Shown: positions 1 to 9,712 of the stretch, piece after piece
Layout of the letters: every line of letters begins with the position of its first letter
Numbering within the stretch: the first letter of the stretch is position 1
Source of the DNA: an uncultured Planctomycetales bacterium
Lineage (GTDB): Bacteria > Planctomycetota > Phycisphaerae > UBA1845 > JAFGLZ01
DNA: 64,000 bases
NCBI GenBank assembly: GCA_964622545.1
Contig: CAZUQM010000012.1
Span: 92,054 to 156,053 of the forward strand
Direction: 5' to 3'
Translations under genes and position numbers: made by a program
Notes under the pieces: model-generated
What the model saw: the letters and a program-made list of their open reading frames with translations, nothing else
The model's database searches: none
What the model was told of the DNA's origin: nothing

Positions 1-433
1 GCACGATCCAGCTATCGCGGCGGTGACCCTGGCCCTCGGCGACGAAGACATCCTCGGCGTCGAGCCGGCGGAATACCTCGGCCGCGGCCACGACCACCGC
101 GGGATGCGTGTTGATGTGCTGCTTGCCCAGGGCGGTCTCCACAAGGTTCGGCTTGAGCAGGACCCGCTTGCCGCGGATGGCGTCGCGGGTGATACCGAGC
201 TCGGTCAGACCCTCCGCGATGGTCTGAGCGAGGCCGGCGGTGTAACGGTCGGCCCTGGCGATGAAGACATCCGCTCGCCGGCCGCGTTCGTCTTGCTTCC
301 TGCGGGTCAGCCCCGCCATGAGGCTCCCGCCGACCAGGGCCACGCCGCCCACGCCCAGCATCTCGCGACGGGTCGGTCGCCAACCCTCTTGGGAGCACTC
401 GCGATCGTCGGGGGCGTCCAGGGAGTCAGGCAT
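1..433 (-). CDS. DUF362-like protein with twin-arginine-type signal, N-terminal part (gene continues past window start)
   Basis: Own reading of the minus strand from ATG at 433 gives MPDSLDAPDDRECSQEGWRPTRREMLGVGGVALVGGSLMAG...GKRVLLKPNLVETALGKQHINTHPAVVVAAAEVF. The RR-hydrophobic signal and the KPNLV/HP motifs resemble DUF362. It is absent from the ORF track because there is no stop inside the window. Its start overlaps the stop of the upstream gene by 8 nt. Confidence 0.5.
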   Translation of the reverse strand, partial: MPDSLDAPDDRECSQEGWRPTRREMLGVGGVALVGGSLMAGLTRRKQDERGRRADVFIARADRYTAGLAQTIAEGLTELGITRDAIRGKRVLLKPNLVETALGKQHINTHPAVVVAAAEVFRRLDAEDVFVAEGQGHRRDSWIV

Positions 434-1322
434 GGGCGGACTCCATCCGGGCCCTCAGGAGCGAACAGGGCTCCGAGGCCGCGGTTAACAGCAGGGCGTC
501 GTAGAGCACGTGAGGCTGACCTTGCGACAACCGCTCGGCTGCAGCGGCCAGCCACACGTCGGATTCCACCGGGGCGGCGGACCACGCCCGCAAGCCCAGA
601 ACGCCCCAAGCGACGGTCATGGGCGATCGGACGTTCGGCAGCGCGGAGCGGAGATACCGTATCGCGCGGTCGACACGGTCACATCGGGGCTCACCGCTCA
701 GGGCGGCCAGGACGATGCCCGTCGTCGCGGGAAAGGGCCTCAGCGTGTGCCCGAGGACGGATCTATTGCCGTAGTTGCACCCACCCGTCGGGATCATGCG
801 GTCGAGCAGGAGGCGGATACCCTCGCGGAATCGTTCGTTGCCGCCGTCGCCGGCGGCTCGCAGGCCAAGGATCGCATAAGCGGTGGGTTCGTTCCAGGAA
901 TGCGTCCCGTCGACCCAGGGCCAGCCCTGCAGCGTGACGTCGTGGCTGTAGATGTCGGGAGCGGGTTCGAGGGCCTGACCGTACTGGGCGAGCAGCCAGT
1001 GCCGGGCCAGACGGATGCTGCCCTCGGTGTCCGGTCCGATAGCATCGGCGTCGGCAGTCCAGGCAAGGACCGCCAGGCCGGTGGGCCAGCCGGGCGCGTC
1101 TCGGACGGTGGCCGAGGGGACGGAGCCGTCCTTGCGCTGAATGCGGCGGAGCCATCGGAGCCCGGCCACGCGAACGTCGTCATATAAACTCTGTGCGGAC
1201 AGGGCGATGCAGGTCATGGCCGTCGGCTCGGCGCAGGGTGAGCCGTCGGGACGGTATCCCCAGGCGCCGCAGTCATGCCGTGCGGAGATCAGACGATCGG
1301 TAAGGGTTCGCTGCCAGTCCAT
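426..1322 (-). CDS. prenyltransferase / squalene-cyclase-like repeat protein
   Basis: 298-aa ORF with repeated aromatic/Gly-rich blocks (GAWGYRPDGSP, RKDGSVP, QGWPWVDGTHSWNEPTAYA, PTGGCNYGN). These are typical of terpene-cyclase/prenyltransferase alpha-alpha toroid repeats. Confidence 0.65.
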   Translation of the reverse strand: MDWQRTLTDRLISARHDCGAWGYRPDGSPCAEPTAMTCIALSAQSLYDDVRVAGLRWLRRIQRKDGSVPSATVRDAPGWPTGLAVLAWTADADAIGPDTEGSIRLARHWLLAQYGQALEPAPDIYSHDVTLQGWPWVDGTHSWNEPTAYAILGLRAAGDGGNERFREGIRLLLDRMIPTGGCNYGNRSVLGHTLRPFPATTGIVLAALSGEPRCDRVDRAIRYLRSALPNVRSPMTVAWGVLGLRAWSAAPVESDVWLAAAAERLSQGQPHVLYDALLLTAASEPCSLLRARMESAHA

Positions 1323-1473
1323 ACGCGCAGCGCATATCGACGCGTGTGGGTCAGGCCTTTAGGTGCGAAACCGCAGGGGGCTTCGCCCTGGCAATCGGGC
1401 CAAGGGCGGGCTACACTGTGCGGTCTCGTTGGGCGCGGAACATCGGAGAAGCCAGATTCCAGGGAGCTGTAGG

Positions 1474-2496
1474 ATGGCTGATTTCGGAGCGATGATTATC
1501 GGTCCCGGTTGGGTCGCCGGGGAGCACGTCAAGGGGTACTGCCAGGATCCGCGGACGGAGATCCGCGCGATCGTGGGTTGCGTGCCCGAGGACAAGGCCC
1601 GGGCGGAAACCTACATGGCCCAGCACGGGTTCCAGGCCGACTACTACGAGAGCCTTGACGAGGCCCTCAAGCGCGACGACATCCAGATCGCCAGTGTCTG
1701 CACGATCAACAACATGCACTATGAGCAGACGTTGGCGTGCATCCAGGCGGGCAAGAACGTCTTGTGCGAGAAGCCGCTGTGCTTCAGCCTCGACGAGCTG
1801 CGTGAGCTGCTGGCCGCCGAGAAGCAGCACGGCGTCAAGACGCAAGTGGGCCACGTGGTGCGGTGGTACCCGGCCGTCGTGGGGCTGAAAAACGTCGTGG
1901 ACGCCGGGGCCATCGGCGACGTGTACTACGTCGAGGCCGACTACTGGCACGACATCCACGGGGCGTGGAAGGTGGCCCAGAAGACCGGCGGCAGCGCGTT
2001 GACGATGGGCGGGATTCACGCGGTCGATTTGATCCGGTGGATGATCGGCGAAGACAACGAGGTGGTCGAGGTCGCGGCGTTCAGCCAGAAGGCGAGCTGG
2101 AGGCCTGAGTTTGAATACGACCCGACGGTGGCGTTCATCTGCAAATTCGCGAGCGGAGCGATCGGTCGGGTGAGCACCTCGCTCGAATGCAACATGCCGT
2201 ATGTCTTCCACCTCCAGGTGAACGGGTCGAAGGGGTGCATCCGCAACAACGGCATCTACTCGACCAGTATGTTCCCGGGGGCGGACGGGTTCATGAGCAT
2301 CCCCGCCACGTACCCGGACGACTGGAACGTCAGCCACCACCCCTTCCCGGAGGAGGTGGGCTACTTCATCGGCTGCGTGGCCGACGACACCGAATCGCAC
2401 GTGAGCATCCGCCGGGCGAGCAAGACGTACGAGCTGACGTTCGCGGCGGAGAAGGCGGCGGCCGAGGGCCAGGTCGTCAAGCTGCCCCTGTTGTAG
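1474..2496 (+). CDS. Gfo/Idh/MocA family oxidoreductase
   Basis: ORF 1363..2496. The likely start is ATG 1474 (MADFGAMIIGPGWVAGEHV, a Rossmann N-terminus). The LCEKPLC motif is typical of the family. The upstream 37 codons are Arg-rich and look non-coding. Confidence 0.85.
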   Translation: MADFGAMIIGPGWVAGEHVKGYCQDPRTEIRAIVGCVPEDKARAETYMAQHGFQADYYESLDEALKRDDIQIASVCTINNMHYEQTLACIQAGKNVLCEKPLCFSLDELRELLAAEKQHGVKTQVGHVVRWYPAVVGLKNVVDAGAIGDVYYVEADYWHDIHGAWKVAQKTGGSALTMGGIHAVDLIRWMIGEDNEVVEVAAFSQKASWRPEFEYDPTVAFICKFASGAIGRVSTSLECNMPYVFHLQVNGSKGCIRNNGIYSTSMFPGADGFMSIPATYPDDWNVSHHPFPEEVGYFIGCVADDTESHVSIRRASKTYELTFAAEKAAAEGQVVKLPLL

Positions 2497-2584
2497 AGCG
2501 CGCTCGGCGCAAAACGGAGACCGTATCCTGCGGGCCGCAAGGCGGGCCCGCGCTGACCAGCAACCCGAAGACGAGGATGAACCG

Positions 2585-3415
2585 ATGGTAACGTTCAGTG
2601 CATTCGCCGATGAGATCGACCCCGACCCGAAGGTCCAGATGGACACGCTGGAGGCCAACGGCGTCAAGCAGATTGAGCTGCGCGGGGCCTGGGACATCAA
2701 CGTGATGAAGCTCAACGACGATCAGTGCAGGGAGCTCAAGCAGATGCTGGACGAGCGGGGCTTCCAGGTGGCCTGCATCGGATCGCCGATCGGAAAGGTG
2801 ACCGTCGACAGTGACCTGAGCGCGCACTTCGAGGACTTCAAGCACGCGTGTCACCTGGCCGAGTTCTTCGAGTCGGGTCGGGTGCGACTGTTCAGCTACT
2901 ATCCGCCGGAAGGCGGCAGCATCTTGGACCATCGCAATACCGTGATCGAGCACTTGCAGCAGATGTGTGACTACGTGGCCGACAAGCCCGTCACGCTCGT
3001 GCTGGAGAACGAATCGAAGCTCTATGGGGAGAAGCCCGCTCAGCTTGCGGACCTGATGGACACGCTCAGAAGCGACAAGCTGACGATGGCGTTCGATCCG
3101 GCAAACTTCGTGCACGGCGACATCGTGCCCGTCTACGAGAACGCATGGCTGCGGCTCAAGCAGTATGTCGGCTATTTCCACATCAAGGACATGGTCCGGG
3201 GCGCCAGCGGCCCGTGTGTGCCGGCCGGTGAGGGCGACGGGGACATCGAGAAGATCCTGGCCGACGCCCAGACCATGGGCTACGACGGCATCCTGGCCCT
3301 GGAGCCGCACCTGGCCGAGGCCGGGCAGTTCAAGGGTTCGACCGGCACGGAGCTGTTCTCGACGGCGGTGACGGCCCTGAAAGGGATCTGCGACCGCGTG
3401 GGGCTGGAGTACTGA
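2585..3415 (+). CDS. sugar phosphate isomerase/epimerase (xylose-isomerase-like TIM barrel)
   Basis: 276-aa ORF. FSAFADEI...IELRG, LVLENES and ALEPH blocks match the AP-endonuclease-2/IolE-like TIM barrel family. Confidence 0.8.
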   Translation: MVTFSAFADEIDPDPKVQMDTLEANGVKQIELRGAWDINVMKLNDDQCRELKQMLDERGFQVACIGSPIGKVTVDSDLSAHFEDFKHACHLAEFFESGRVRLFSYYPPEGGSILDHRNTVIEHLQQMCDYVADKPVTLVLENESKLYGEKPAQLADLMDTLRSDKLTMAFDPANFVHGDIVPVYENAWLRLKQYVGYFHIKDMVRGASGPCVPAGEGDGDIEKILADAQTMGYDGILALEPHLAEAGQFKGSTGTELFSTAVTALKGICDRVGLEY

Positions 3416-3656
3416 TCGCCGGGGCCTGAGGAAAGGGGGAAGCCGCATCCGTCACTCGCAGACGTAAGCTACGCGAGCGCAGTAGGTACGGGCCGACGAC
3501 CGGGCAGCAAAGGGGGGCACGCCCGCGTAAGAATTGCCCGGCTTAATAAACCCTTAACATTTCGCTCATATAGCGGTTGCAGCCGCTTCGTAGGCTGGGC
3601 GGTTATCGGCGGCGCCTAGGCAACGCCCGGTCGGTCGCTGTCAACGGAATCCACCC

Positions 3657-4766
3657 ATGAAGGACGTGTACGCTCTGCCGGCGATGGATTCCGTCCAGAC
3701 GCCGTGCCTGGTGGTGTTTCCGTCGGTTATTCATCGCAATGTCGATCGCATGGCCGAGTTGCTGGGGGGGCTCCGTCGGCTGCGTCCACACATCAAGACG
3801 CACAAGTGCCGTGAGGTCATCGCGTTATTGATGGCCAGGGGCATCGACAAATTCAAGTGTGCGTCCATCGCTGAGGTGCGGATGCTGATCGAATGCGGTG
3901 TGCGTGACATTCAATTGGCCTATCCTCTGATCGGTCCGGGGGTGGATCGGCTCGCTGCACTCTTGGACGAGCATCGGGATGCGACCGTCTCGGTGACGGT
4001 GGACGATGGCGTCGCGGCCGGCATGCTGAACGAGGCCTGTCGCCGACGTGACAGGCCTGTGGATGTGCTGATCGACCTCGACGTGGGGATGCACCGCACG
4101 GGGATCGAGCCCGGACCCGCGGCGGATGCGCTGGCGATGGCGGTGGCCAAGATGTCACATTTGCGGCTACGGGGCCTGCACGCCTATGACGGCCACATCC
4201 GCGAACGGGCCGTGGAGGACCGACGCCCGCTGGTGGAGGCCGCGATGACCGGTCCGCTTGAGATGAAGCGGCGGCTGCGCGATTCGGGCCTCGTCGAGGG
4301 CCAGCCGACGTTGAGCACCTCGGGCACGCTGACGTTCATCGTGGCTAAGGATTTCGAGGGGATCGACGAGGTGACGCCCGGCACGTGGGTGTTCTGGGAT
4401 GTGACCTACAACGAGATCGACGGTCCTCGCTTTGAGTATGCAGCCCTGGTGGCGTCGCGCGTGGTGAGCCGGCCTTGTCGAGAAGGCGTTACGTTAGACG
4501 CCGGATCGAAGGGCGTGAGTCGCGACATCCCGGGTGATCCTGTGGTCATCGGGACGCAAGGCCTGAGGCTGGGGCACGCGAACGAAGAGCATCAGCCCTG
4601 CCAATGGGACGGGGACGGACCCAGGCCCGCGATCGGCGACGTCGTGCTGTTGGCCCCACGACACGTGTGTACGACCTTTTACCTCTACAGTCATGGTCTG
4701 GCGGTAGAGGAGGGGCGCGTCGTGGGTCGATGGACCGTCGGCTGTCGTCATGGCGACGACGAGTGA
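3657..4766 (+). CDS. D-TA family PLP-dependent enzyme (D-threonine aldolase / D-serine deaminase-like)
   Basis: 369-aa ORF. It has the PHIKTHKC PLP-lysine motif, an alanine-racemase N-terminal fold pattern, and a C-terminal HANEEH...PRHVCTTF block. Confidence 0.75.
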   Translation: MKDVYALPAMDSVQTPCLVVFPSVIHRNVDRMAELLGGLRRLRPHIKTHKCREVIALLMARGIDKFKCASIAEVRMLIECGVRDIQLAYPLIGPGVDRLAALLDEHRDATVSVTVDDGVAAGMLNEACRRRDRPVDVLIDLDVGMHRTGIEPGPAADALAMAVAKMSHLRLRGLHAYDGHIRERAVEDRRPLVEAAMTGPLEMKRRLRDSGLVEGQPTLSTSGTLTFIVAKDFEGIDEVTPGTWVFWDVTYNEIDGPRFEYAALVASRVVSRPCREGVTLDAGSKGVSRDIPGDPVVIGTQGLRLGHANEEHQPCQWDGDGPRPAIGDVVLLAPRHVCTTFYLYSHGLAVEEGRVVGRWTVGCRHGDDE

Positions 4767-4859
4767 CGTGGCAGAGCAGTCGAGCTCGGGCGTTGGGGCT
4801 TTTGAGCTCCGAGGGCGAGCCGACGGCAAGGGACGAGGAATGACCGGCTGACGCACGCT

Positions 4860-6080
4860 GTGGAGCGTGGCTGGGAGGATAGCGAGATGGCCTTGGTCGA
4901 GCCGGAGCTTGCTAGGGAACCTGTGGCCCAGCAGGAGGTGGACTACGCTTCGAGGCCGAGCGGCTCGGGGGGACCGAGCGGCTCGCCGGAGCCGACGTGG
5001 GCCCAGACGATCTTTCGGATCATCCTGCTGATGGCCGCCTTGTACCTGTTCTTCTTCAGCATCAAGCTGATGGGGCACTCGTTCAAGCTGGCGGGCAAGG
5101 ACTTCGCCAAGACGCTGATCGAGACCACGAACAACCCGTATCTGGGTCTGATGCTGGGCATCGTGGCGACAAGCCTCATCCAGAGCTCGTCGACGACGAC
5201 GTCGATCGTCATCGCGATGGTGGCGGCCGGAACGCTGACCGTCTCGAACGCGATCCCCATCATCATGGGCGCGAACATCGGCACGACGATCACGAATACG
5301 ATCGTGTCGCTGGCCCACGTCACGCGAAAGGAGGAATTCGAACGGGCCTTCGCCGGCTCGATCGTCCACGACTGCTTCAACGTGCTGGCGGTGCTGGTGC
5401 TGTTCCCGATCGAGATCAACTTTCACATCATCGAGCGGATCGTGGAGCGCGCCGAGAAGGTCTTCGCGGGGGTTGGGGCGACGGAGCTCCTGAATCCGCT
5501 GGACTACATCATCAAACCGCTCATCAAGGTGGCCGACAGCGGCTTCGAAATGCTTCCCGTTCCGCACGTCTTCATGATGATCGTGTCGCTGGGCTTGTTG
5601 TTCGCGGCGCTCACGGGCATGGTGCGGATGCTGCGGCTGTTGATGATCCGACGGATGGAGTCGGTGCTGAGCGGGTTCCTGTTCGGCAATCCCTTCGCGA
5701 GTATGGCCATGGGCGTCGCCTTGACGGTCTGCGTCCAGAGCAGCTCCATCACGACGTCGCTGGTGATACCCCTGGTCGGCGCGGGCCTGTTGACGATTAC
5801 GCAGATCTTTCCGTACGTGCTGGGCGCCAACATCGGGACCACGATGACGGCGATCCTGGCGGCGCTGGCGACCAAGAACGACGTGGCGATCACGGCGGCG
5901 TTCGCGCACCTCCTGTTCAACATCATGGGGATCGCGATCTGGTGGCCGCTGAAGGCCGTCCCAATCTACATGAGCTTGGCGATCGGCCGTTTCGTGGTCA
6001 AGTCGAAGGTCCACATGGCGGTGTCGGTGACGTTCTACGTCGCGCTGCATTTCATCCCGATTCTGCTAGCATGGTTGTAG
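4860..6080 (+). CDS. Na+/phosphate cotransporter family protein
   Basis: 406-aa polytopic ORF. Duplicated SLIQSSSTTTSIVIAM / CVQSSSITTSLVIPLV motifs are characteristic of NptA-type Na/Pi cotransporters. ATG 4887 is an alternative start. Confidence 0.85.
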   Translation: MERGWEDSEMALVEPELAREPVAQQEVDYASRPSGSGGPSGSPEPTWAQTIFRIILLMAALYLFFFSIKLMGHSFKLAGKDFAKTLIETTNNPYLGLMLGIVATSLIQSSSTTTSIVIAMVAAGTLTVSNAIPIIMGANIGTTITNTIVSLAHVTRKEEFERAFAGSIVHDCFNVLAVLVLFPIEINFHIIERIVERAEKVFAGVGATELLNPLDYIIKPLIKVADSGFEMLPVPHVFMMIVSLGLLFAALTGMVRMLRLLMIRRMESVLSGFLFGNPFASMAMGVALTVCVQSSSITTSLVIPLVGAGLLTITQIFPYVLGANIGTTMTAILAALATKNDVAITAAFAHLLFNIMGIAIWWPLKAVPIYMSLAIGRFVVKSKVHMAVSVTFYVALHFIPILLAWL

Positions 6081-6195
6081 GGAAAAGCGGTTCCCGGCCG
6101 ATAAGGCATCTAATGGCAGGGAGTCCCGCACCCCCACTCCATCCCGGCGCTGACCTGGCACTCCCCCGCCGGATGCAGTGGGAGGAGTCTGTGCA

Positions 6196-6888
6196 ATGCT
6201 CGGCCGAATCATGCAACTGTGGCGAGGCAGGAACTTGATCAGCCAGATGCTCGATGAGTTTATGGAGATGCTCGAGCTGGGCGGGTCGATGTTCGATGCC
6301 GCGATCACGGCCGGCCTGAGCGGGGCGAGGCTGGACGACATCCGCGAGGATTTCTACGCCAAGGATCAACAGATCAACCGCCTCGAACAGTCGATCCGGC
6401 GGAAGATCGTCGTGCATCTGAGCGTGCAGCCCGGTCAGGACGTGCCGATGTGCCTGGTGTTGATGGCGGTCTCGCGCGATGCCGAGCGCCTTGGGGACTT
6501 CGCCAAGAACATCTTCCAGGTCTTTGAGCGCGTCCCGCCGCTGCAGCCGGGTCTGTATTACGACCAGCTCATCAAGGTGTCGTACGAGATCTCCGACGCG
6601 TTCAAGCGGGTGGCCGACGTCTTCAAGCTGTCCGACGCCCAGGCCGCCCGTGGGTTGTGGGAGCAGAACTACCGGCTGGAAAAGCAATGCGACGCCGTCA
6701 TCGACGAGCTGATGGGCGGCGCGGAGGTCGACTCGCCCGTGGCCTACGCCTTGCTTTATCGCTTCTTCAAGCGCATCCTGACCCATCAGAGCAACATCGT
6801 GAGCAGTGTGGTCATGCCGGTGGACAAGCTGCAGTACTACGAAAAGGGCGGTCCTGTCCCCCGGGAGCCGTCGGCCCAACCGGTGTAA
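6196..6888 (+). CDS. PhoU-domain protein
   Basis: ORF 6178..6888. ATG 6196 is preceded by GGAGGAG at 6181-6187. The helical repeats with DxxxD-like blocks (DAERLGDFAKNI) are PhoU-like, and the gene is adjacent to the Na/Pi transporter. Confidence 0.7.
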   Translation: MLGRIMQLWRGRNLISQMLDEFMEMLELGGSMFDAAITAGLSGARLDDIREDFYAKDQQINRLEQSIRRKIVVHLSVQPGQDVPMCLVLMAVSRDAERLGDFAKNIFQVFERVPPLQPGLYYDQLIKVSYEISDAFKRVADVFKLSDAQAARGLWEQNYRLEKQCDAVIDELMGGAEVDSPVAYALLYRFFKRILTHQSNIVSSVVMPVDKLQYYEKGGPVPREPSAQPV

Positions 6889-6938
6889 CCCGTTTCGGTC
6901 CCGTTGCTCGGCCGAGACCCACGAATAGGTCCAAACCC

Positions 6939-8492
6939 ATGACAACCTCACGTCGTCGTTTCGGTAGGCCGCTGGCCTGTGTGCTGACGGTAGCTCTCTT
7001 GGGCGGCGCCCAGGCGCGGGGTGAACGCCCCAAGTCGGTGGACCTGAACGATCCGCCGCAGGGCGTGTTCGAGGACCAGTGGTACGCCGTGCTGGTCAAC
7101 GGTCAGCGCGCGGGCTTCAGTCGGATCGCGCACCGCCGCAAGGGCAACGAGATCGAATCACTGAACTTCATCGAGCTGAAGATCCAGCGCGGACCGGTGC
7201 CCATCGAGATGACGATGAAGAGCGTCCAACGGGAGACGCTCAAGGGCGAGCCCATCAGCTTCGAGGCCGAGCAGAGCATGTCGCTGATGGCGATCAAGAA
7301 GAAGGGCCGCATCCACGACGGCAAGGTGACGATCACCACGACGCAGGGCGGCAAGACGACGACATCGCAGTACGAGTGGAACCCCAAGGCCAAGATGGCC
7401 TGGGCGGTGACGCTCGAGCTGAAGGACGAAACCATGAAGCCGGGCAAGACCTTCGACCTCTGGGTTTACGACGCGATGGCCAAGGCCTCGGGCCCGGTCC
7501 GCACGGTGATCAAGGTCAAGGGCAAGGAGAAGGTCAAGCTGCTCGACCGCACCGTCGAGGCCTTCCGCTGCGAGACGACGACCTACGTGGGCATGCCGAT
7601 CACGAGCGTGTCGTACGTGGACGACAGCGGCACGGACGTGAAGATGGTGATGGACCTCGGGATCATCAAGGCCGAGCTGGTCGCCTGCAGCGAGGCCCTG
7701 GCCCGACAGAAGGGCGGGCGGGCGCCGGAGCTGTTCGTGCAGACCTTCATCGAGCTGACCGAGCCGTTCAACGCCAGATCGGCCCGACGGATCAAGTACC
7801 GACTGGACGTGGACAGCCCGCAAGTCAACGAAGAGATGTTCCCCGAGACGGGCATGCAGCGGGTGATCAGCCGCAAACAAGGCCGAATCGTCCTCGAGGT
7901 CGAGCGGGTCGACTGGGAGAAGCTCCAGCGCACCGAGCCCGGCCCGATTCCGGATGAGGTCAAGCCGTGCCTGGCCGCCAGCACGTACGTCAACGCGAAG
8001 GACCCCGCCATCGTCTCGCTGGCCAAGCAGGCGGTCGGAGACGAGAAACAACCGGCGAAGATGGCCGACAAGCTCCGGCGGTTCGCCACGGACTACATCC
8101 AGATCAAGGACTTCAGCGTCGGCCTCGGCACGGCCAGCGAGGTCGCCGAGAGCAAGCAGGGTGATTGCACGGAGCATGCGGTGTTCCTGGCGGCGCTGGC
8201 GCGAGCGGTGGGCATCCCGGCTCGGTGCGTGGGCGGCATCGTGCACGTGTCGGAGCTCGTGGGTCGCAAGAACCTGTTCGGTTTTCACATGTGGACCCAG
8301 GTGTGGATCGGAGGACGGTGGGTGGACATCGACGCGGCGCTGCGGCAGACCGACTGCGATCCGTCGCACATCGTCATGACCGTCAACGAGATGAACGAGG
8401 ACGGTGTGACGGACCTGGCCGTCGGGATCCTGCCGTTCCTCGGGAAGACGAAGATCAAGGTGCTGGAGCGCGAGCCGCTGAAGGCGAAGTAG
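6939..8492 (+). CDS. secreted transglutaminase-like domain protein
   Basis: ORF 6657..8492. The likely start is ATG 6939, giving the signal peptide MTTSRRRFGRPLACVLTVALLGGAQA. The C-terminal core is QGDCTEHAVFLAALARAVGIPAR ... FHMWTQVWIGGRWVDIDA, a Cys-His-Asp transglutaminase core. Confidence 0.8.
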   Translation: MTTSRRRFGRPLACVLTVALLGGAQARGERPKSVDLNDPPQGVFEDQWYAVLVNGQRAGFSRIAHRRKGNEIESLNFIELKIQRGPVPIEMTMKSVQRETLKGEPISFEAEQSMSLMAIKKKGRIHDGKVTITTTQGGKTTTSQYEWNPKAKMAWAVTLELKDETMKPGKTFDLWVYDAMAKASGPVRTVIKVKGKEKVKLLDRTVEAFRCETTTYVGMPITSVSYVDDSGTDVKMVMDLGIIKAELVACSEALARQKGGRAPELFVQTFIELTEPFNARSARRIKYRLDVDSPQVNEEMFPETGMQRVISRKQGRIVLEVERVDWEKLQRTEPGPIPDEVKPCLAASTYVNAKDPAIVSLAKQAVGDEKQPAKMADKLRRFATDYIQIKDFSVGLGTASEVAESKQGDCTEHAVFLAALARAVGIPARCVGGIVHVSELVGRKNLFGFHMWTQVWIGGRWVDIDAALRQTDCDPSHIVMTVNEMNEDGVTDLAVGILPFLGKTKIKVLEREPLKAK

Positions 8493-8571
8493 CGACGCCA
8501 GCGTAGGAGTTCTCTCTGAGGGGTGCCTCGCTCTCAGGGACCCCGGCGGGTCCGGCGACCAGGACGGACGA

Positions 8572-9693
8572 ATGGCACAAGGTTTTCCAGGTAAGACAAC
8601 CCGGCAGGTCCGCGTGGGATCGGTGCGGATCGGCGGCGGCGCGCCGGTCTCGATCCAGTCGATGACGAACACGCCGACGCATGACGTGGAGGCCACCGCA
8701 GCCCAGGTCCGGCGATTGGCCGAGGCGGGGGCCGAGCTGGTCCGCGTCTCGGTGCCTCGCCGCCGCGACACCGAGGCCCTGCCCGAGATCATCGCCGCCT
8801 CGCCCGTGCCGATCATCGCGGACGTCCACTTCCAGCATCAACGCGCGCTCGAGGCGATTGAGGCGGGCGTGGCGAAGATCCGGCTGAACCCCGGCAACAT
8901 CAACGAGCCGGACGAGGTGCTGCGGGTCATCGACGCCTCGCGGGAGCGCGGCGTGGCGATCCGTATCGGCGTCAACGAGGGCAGTGTCGTCGAGCGGCGT
9001 AATGCCCAGCGGCGAGACGCCGAGCGGTCGCTGCTCGAGGACGACTACCGCAAGCATCTGGTCGAGCTCATGACCGGCAAGCTGGCCGAGTACATCCGCC
9101 TGTTCGAGGAACGCGGCTTCGAGGACCTCGTGCTGGCCGCCAAGAGCAACGACGCGCGGCTCACCATCGACGCGGTCGAGGCCCTGAGCGAGGGGTTCGA
9201 CTATCCCCTGCACCTGGGGGTGACCCATGCCGGGCCTCCCGAGACGGGGCGCATCCGCTCGATCGCGGCGCTGGCGTCGCTGTTGAGCCGCGGCATCGGC
9301 GACACCCTCCGCATCAGCTATGCGTGCGACCCGGTGGTGGAGGTGCTGGACGCCAAGGAACTGCTGTGGTCGCTGCACCTGCGGGAGCGGACCGAGCCGG
9401 AGCTGATCGCGTGCCCGACGTGTGCCCGTCTGGAGGTCGACCTCCTGCCGCTTGTGCAGCAGGTCCGCGAGCGGTTGTCGCGGATCCGGGCACCCATCAA
9501 GGTGGCCGTCATGGGCTGCATCGTGAACGGCCCCGGCGAGGCCGACGATGCCGACGTGGCCCTGTGCGCGGGCAAGGGACGGGCCGACATCTACGTCCGC
9601 GGCCAGAAACGGCGGACCGTGAGCGAGGTCGAGATGCTCGACGCCCTGTTGGGCGAATGCGAGGCGCTGGTCGAGGCCCAGCGGTCCGCGTAA
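8572..9693 (+). CDS. ispG: 4-hydroxy-3-methylbut-2-en-1-yl diphosphate synthase
   Basis: 373-aa ORF. It shows VRIGGGAPVSIQSMTNT, IRINPGN-like KIRLNPGNI, and C-terminal CPTCAR...GCIVNGPGE Fe-S cysteines. Confidence 0.95.
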   Translation: MAQGFPGKTTRQVRVGSVRIGGGAPVSIQSMTNTPTHDVEATAAQVRRLAEAGAELVRVSVPRRRDTEALPEIIAASPVPIIADVHFQHQRALEAIEAGVAKIRLNPGNINEPDEVLRVIDASRERGVAIRIGVNEGSVVERRNAQRRDAERSLLEDDYRKHLVELMTGKLAEYIRLFEERGFEDLVLAAKSNDARLTIDAVEALSEGFDYPLHLGVTHAGPPETGRIRSIAALASLLSRGIGDTLRISYACDPVVEVLDAKELLWSLHLRERTEPELIACPTCARLEVDLLPLVQQVRERLSRIRAPIKVAVMGCIVNGPGEADDADVALCAGKGRADIYVRGQKRRTVSEVEMLDALLGECEALVEAQRSA

Positions 9694-9712
9694 GGTCGAT
9701 CTCGCTCGAGAG